The notes beneath the pieces were generated by a model. That model was not told the origin of the DNA. It saw only the letters and a program-made list of their open reading frames with translations, and searched no databases. DNA of 64,000 bases from an uncultured Verrucomicrobiae bacterium (lineage in GTDB: Bacteria; Verrucomicrobiota; Verrucomicrobiia; Chthoniobacterales; UBA10450), in the NCBI GenBank assembly GCA_963756875.1, contig CAVWPA010000003.1, positions 608,001-672,000 of the forward strand, read 5' to 3'. A program made the position numbers and the translations under genes. This document shows, in pieces, positions 61,950 through 64,000 of this stretch; the first letter of the stretch is position 1, and every line of letters starts with the position of its first letter.

Positions 61950-64000
61950 CTACCGCACCGTAACCGTGCACGTGCCGGCGCGGCCGCGATCGTCCAGCGC
62001 GGTCAATTCGTAATCGCCCGGCGTCGCTTTCCATGAAAGCACTTCACGCGGCTCCGCTTTCCCGATGAACGTCTTGTCTGCGAACCAATAAACCTCGCGC
62101 ACACCCGGATCCACGCCGGCTCGCAAAGGAATCGATTCTGCCGATGCCAGCAGAATCCTGCTGCCGTTGTCCGGCGACGTGATCCGTGGCGCGCTGCCAC
62201 CGAGCGAAACGACTGATGTCCCGGGAAGAAACGGCGGGGGCGATTTTCTCGGCATTCCCGCTTTCTCGAAAAGAGCGCGCAGATCATCCGGCCAAAATTC
62301 GTAAACTTCGTGACGCACCGGACGCGTTCCATCGTCGTTTGGCAAACGCAGCCCGGTTGCCGCATCGACGATTATGTCACGGTGCACGTCGCAAATTTTT
62401 ATCGGTGAAACTCCGGGAATGAACCAACCTTCGACACGGTCCGGGCAGTTCGGTCCAGGCAGGTCGCCGGACACGGCGCAAAATTCGACGCGCTTTAGAT
62501 TTGCGCCGGGCGGCGGAAGATGCGGCTGAGCGGGCTCGGGCCAGGTCGTTCGCAGGCTGTCGATGATTTGAAACAAGAGCGGCCCGGCAGCACTGCGTCC
62601 GACAAATGCCGGGTTCGGGCGTCCGTCAAAATTGCCAATCCAGACGCCGAGCACGTAGTGATCGAAAATCGCAATCGACCAGGCGTCATGAAACCCGCAC
62701 GACGTTCCCGTTTTCCAATAAACCGGCTGCCCGCCGGCGTCCACGCAGTTGGTCCCCGGGCGCGGGACGTTGCCGAGCATTTCGAGCGTTAGAAACGAAG
62801 TTTCAGGCGAAAGAACGCGCCGGCCCTTGGCGAGAATCGGATCGGTTGAAGTGTGGCGCAGCGGGCGCAGCTCGCCGTTATTTGCGAGCGCGGCATACAA
62901 CCGCACCAGATCCTGCATCGACACCTCCGCGTCGCCGAGCGGCAGGGCCAGTCCGTAGAACGATTCCGGATGCGGCAAGGGTGCGCCCGCGCCCTTGAGG
63001 AATTGATAGAGGGTGGGGTGCGACAGTTCCGATGCCAGCTCGACTGCCGGAACATTTCTACTGCGAGCCAACGCATCGCTGGCGCGAATCGGTCCGACAA
63101 ATCCGCGATCGAAGTTTTCCGGATTGTACCCTCCGAAATTGCGCGGCGCATCCGTGAGGATCGACAACGGATGAATCAATCCCTGCTCCATCGCCAGCGC
63201 ATAAACGAAAGGCTTCAGTGTCGATCCGGGCGAACGTGGACTGCGCGTGCCATCGACCTGGCCGTTGATCTCGACGCTGCTGAAATCGGCCGATCCGACC
63301 TGAGCAAGCACGTCCATTGTGCGCGTATCGATTAGTAGCGCTGCGGCATTTTGAATTCCGCGATTCCGATTTGTCGCCACGTAATCCGCCACTCGTCGCT
63401 CGATGAGCCGCTCTTTTTCCAGGTCGAGCGTGGTCACGATTTGATCGCGCCCCTTCGCGTTCTCCAGGACCTGCTGCACGAAATGTGGAGCAAGAAATCT
63501 TTGGCGAGCCTGCACGCGCGCACGGAATTCTCTGGGAGAAAACTGCGCGTTGTCGTCAATCCCGGTTCGGTCGTACCAGTTATTTTGCGCAGCGTCCACC
63601 GAGCGATTATTGCGGCCGGCGAACAACGCGCGCCGCGCCGGGCTCTGCGGAATGACGCTCAACGCCACCGATTCCAGTCCGGTCAATCGCGCAGCCGGCT
63701 TGTCGAAATAAATCTGGCTGGCTGCGCCGATGCCTTCGATGTTTCGGCCATACGGCGCGAGATTGAGATACGCCTCGAGAATTTGGGCCTTCGAATAATG
63801 CCGTTCCAGTTCGAGTGCGCGAACAATTTGATTCAGTTTGCCGGTCATTGTTCGCGTCTGTAGATGAAAACGCAGCCGCGCGAGTTGCATCGTGATGGTC
63901 GATCCGCCGCTGCAGATGCGATGAAAGCGCACGAGATCGAGCAGCGACCGGCCGAGCGCGACCGGATTTACGCCGGGATGACGTTCATAATATTTATCTT
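61950..64000 (-). CDS. pbpC: Penicillin-binding protein 1C, 5' end outside the window
   Basis: GGSTITMQLAR, YLNLAPYG.N, PGSTLKPF, SRN, KTGT, C-terminal Ig-like domain; frame open to the window edge. Confidence 0.92.
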   Translation of the reverse strand, partial: DKYYERHPGVNPVALGRSLLDLVRFHRICSGGSTITMQLARLRFHLQTRTMTGKLNQIVRALELERHYSKAQILEAYLNLAPYGRNIEGIGAASQIYFDKPAARLTGLESVALSVIPQSPARRALFAGRNNRSVDAAQNNWYDRTGIDDNAQFSPREFRARVQARQRFLAPHFVQQVLENAKGRDQIVTTLDLEKERLIERRVADYVATNRNRGIQNAAALLIDTRTMDVLAQVGSADFSSVEINGQVDGTRSPRSPGSTLKPFVYALAMEQGLIHPLSILTDAPRNFGGYNPENFDRGFVGPIRASDALARSRNVPAVELASELSHPTLYQFLKGAGAPLPHPESFYGLALPLGDAEVSMQDLVRLYAALANNGELRPLRHTSTDPILAKGRRVLSPETSFLTLEMLGNVPRPGTNCVDAGGQPVYWKTGTSCGFHDAWSIAIFDHYVLGVWIGNFDGRPNPAFVGRSAAGPLLFQIIDSLRTTWPEPAQPHLPPPGANLKRVEFCAVSGDLPGPNCPDRVEGWFIPGVSPIKICDVHRDIIVDAATGLRLPNDDGTRPVRHEVYEFWPDDLRALFEKAGMPRKSPPPFLPGTSVVSLGGSAPRITSPDNGSRILLASAESIPLRAGVDPGVREVYWFADKTFIGKAEPREVLSWKATPGDYELTALDDRGRAGTCTVTVR

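Overview
A GC-rich bacterial chromosome segment. The gene content and style (ECF sigma factor paired with a Ser/Thr kinase, nifJ plus a DHODH-like gene, heptamer- and REP-rich intergenic DNA) suggest Verrucomicrobiota, Chthoniobacterales-like; this is inference. Most of the window is housekeeping: korB, uup, nifJ, a nuoH-J-K-L-M-M-N membrane-arm cluster, lipB, ruvC, gatCA, purC, mdh, malQ, uvrD/pcrA and pbpC. An accessory defence-like island spans about 6.8-15.6 kb. Its best candidate for an undescribed system is a three-gene operon (N4-cytosine-type DNA methyltransferase, ParB/Srx-domain protein, REase-like plus HD phosphohydrolase protein). This operon is bracketed by 28-29 bp inverted repeats (7735-7762 and 11667-11695) and has no transposase. 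The island also holds a frameshifted DUF2075 nuclease-helicase, a truncated R-M controller (C) gene that keeps its C-box, a polyvalent-type kinase with an overlapping small ORF, and a small ORF plus ART-fold toxin-like pair. Other highlights are a '2M' complex I with a 26-aa NuoL helix extension and an ORF6N gene between the two nuoM genes, REP-derived in-frame insertions in uvrD, rlmI and nuoN, and a GxxExxY gene flanked by inverted 10-bp-periodic repeats. Several single-base frameshifts look like sequencing or consensus errors, so pseudogene calls are tentative.
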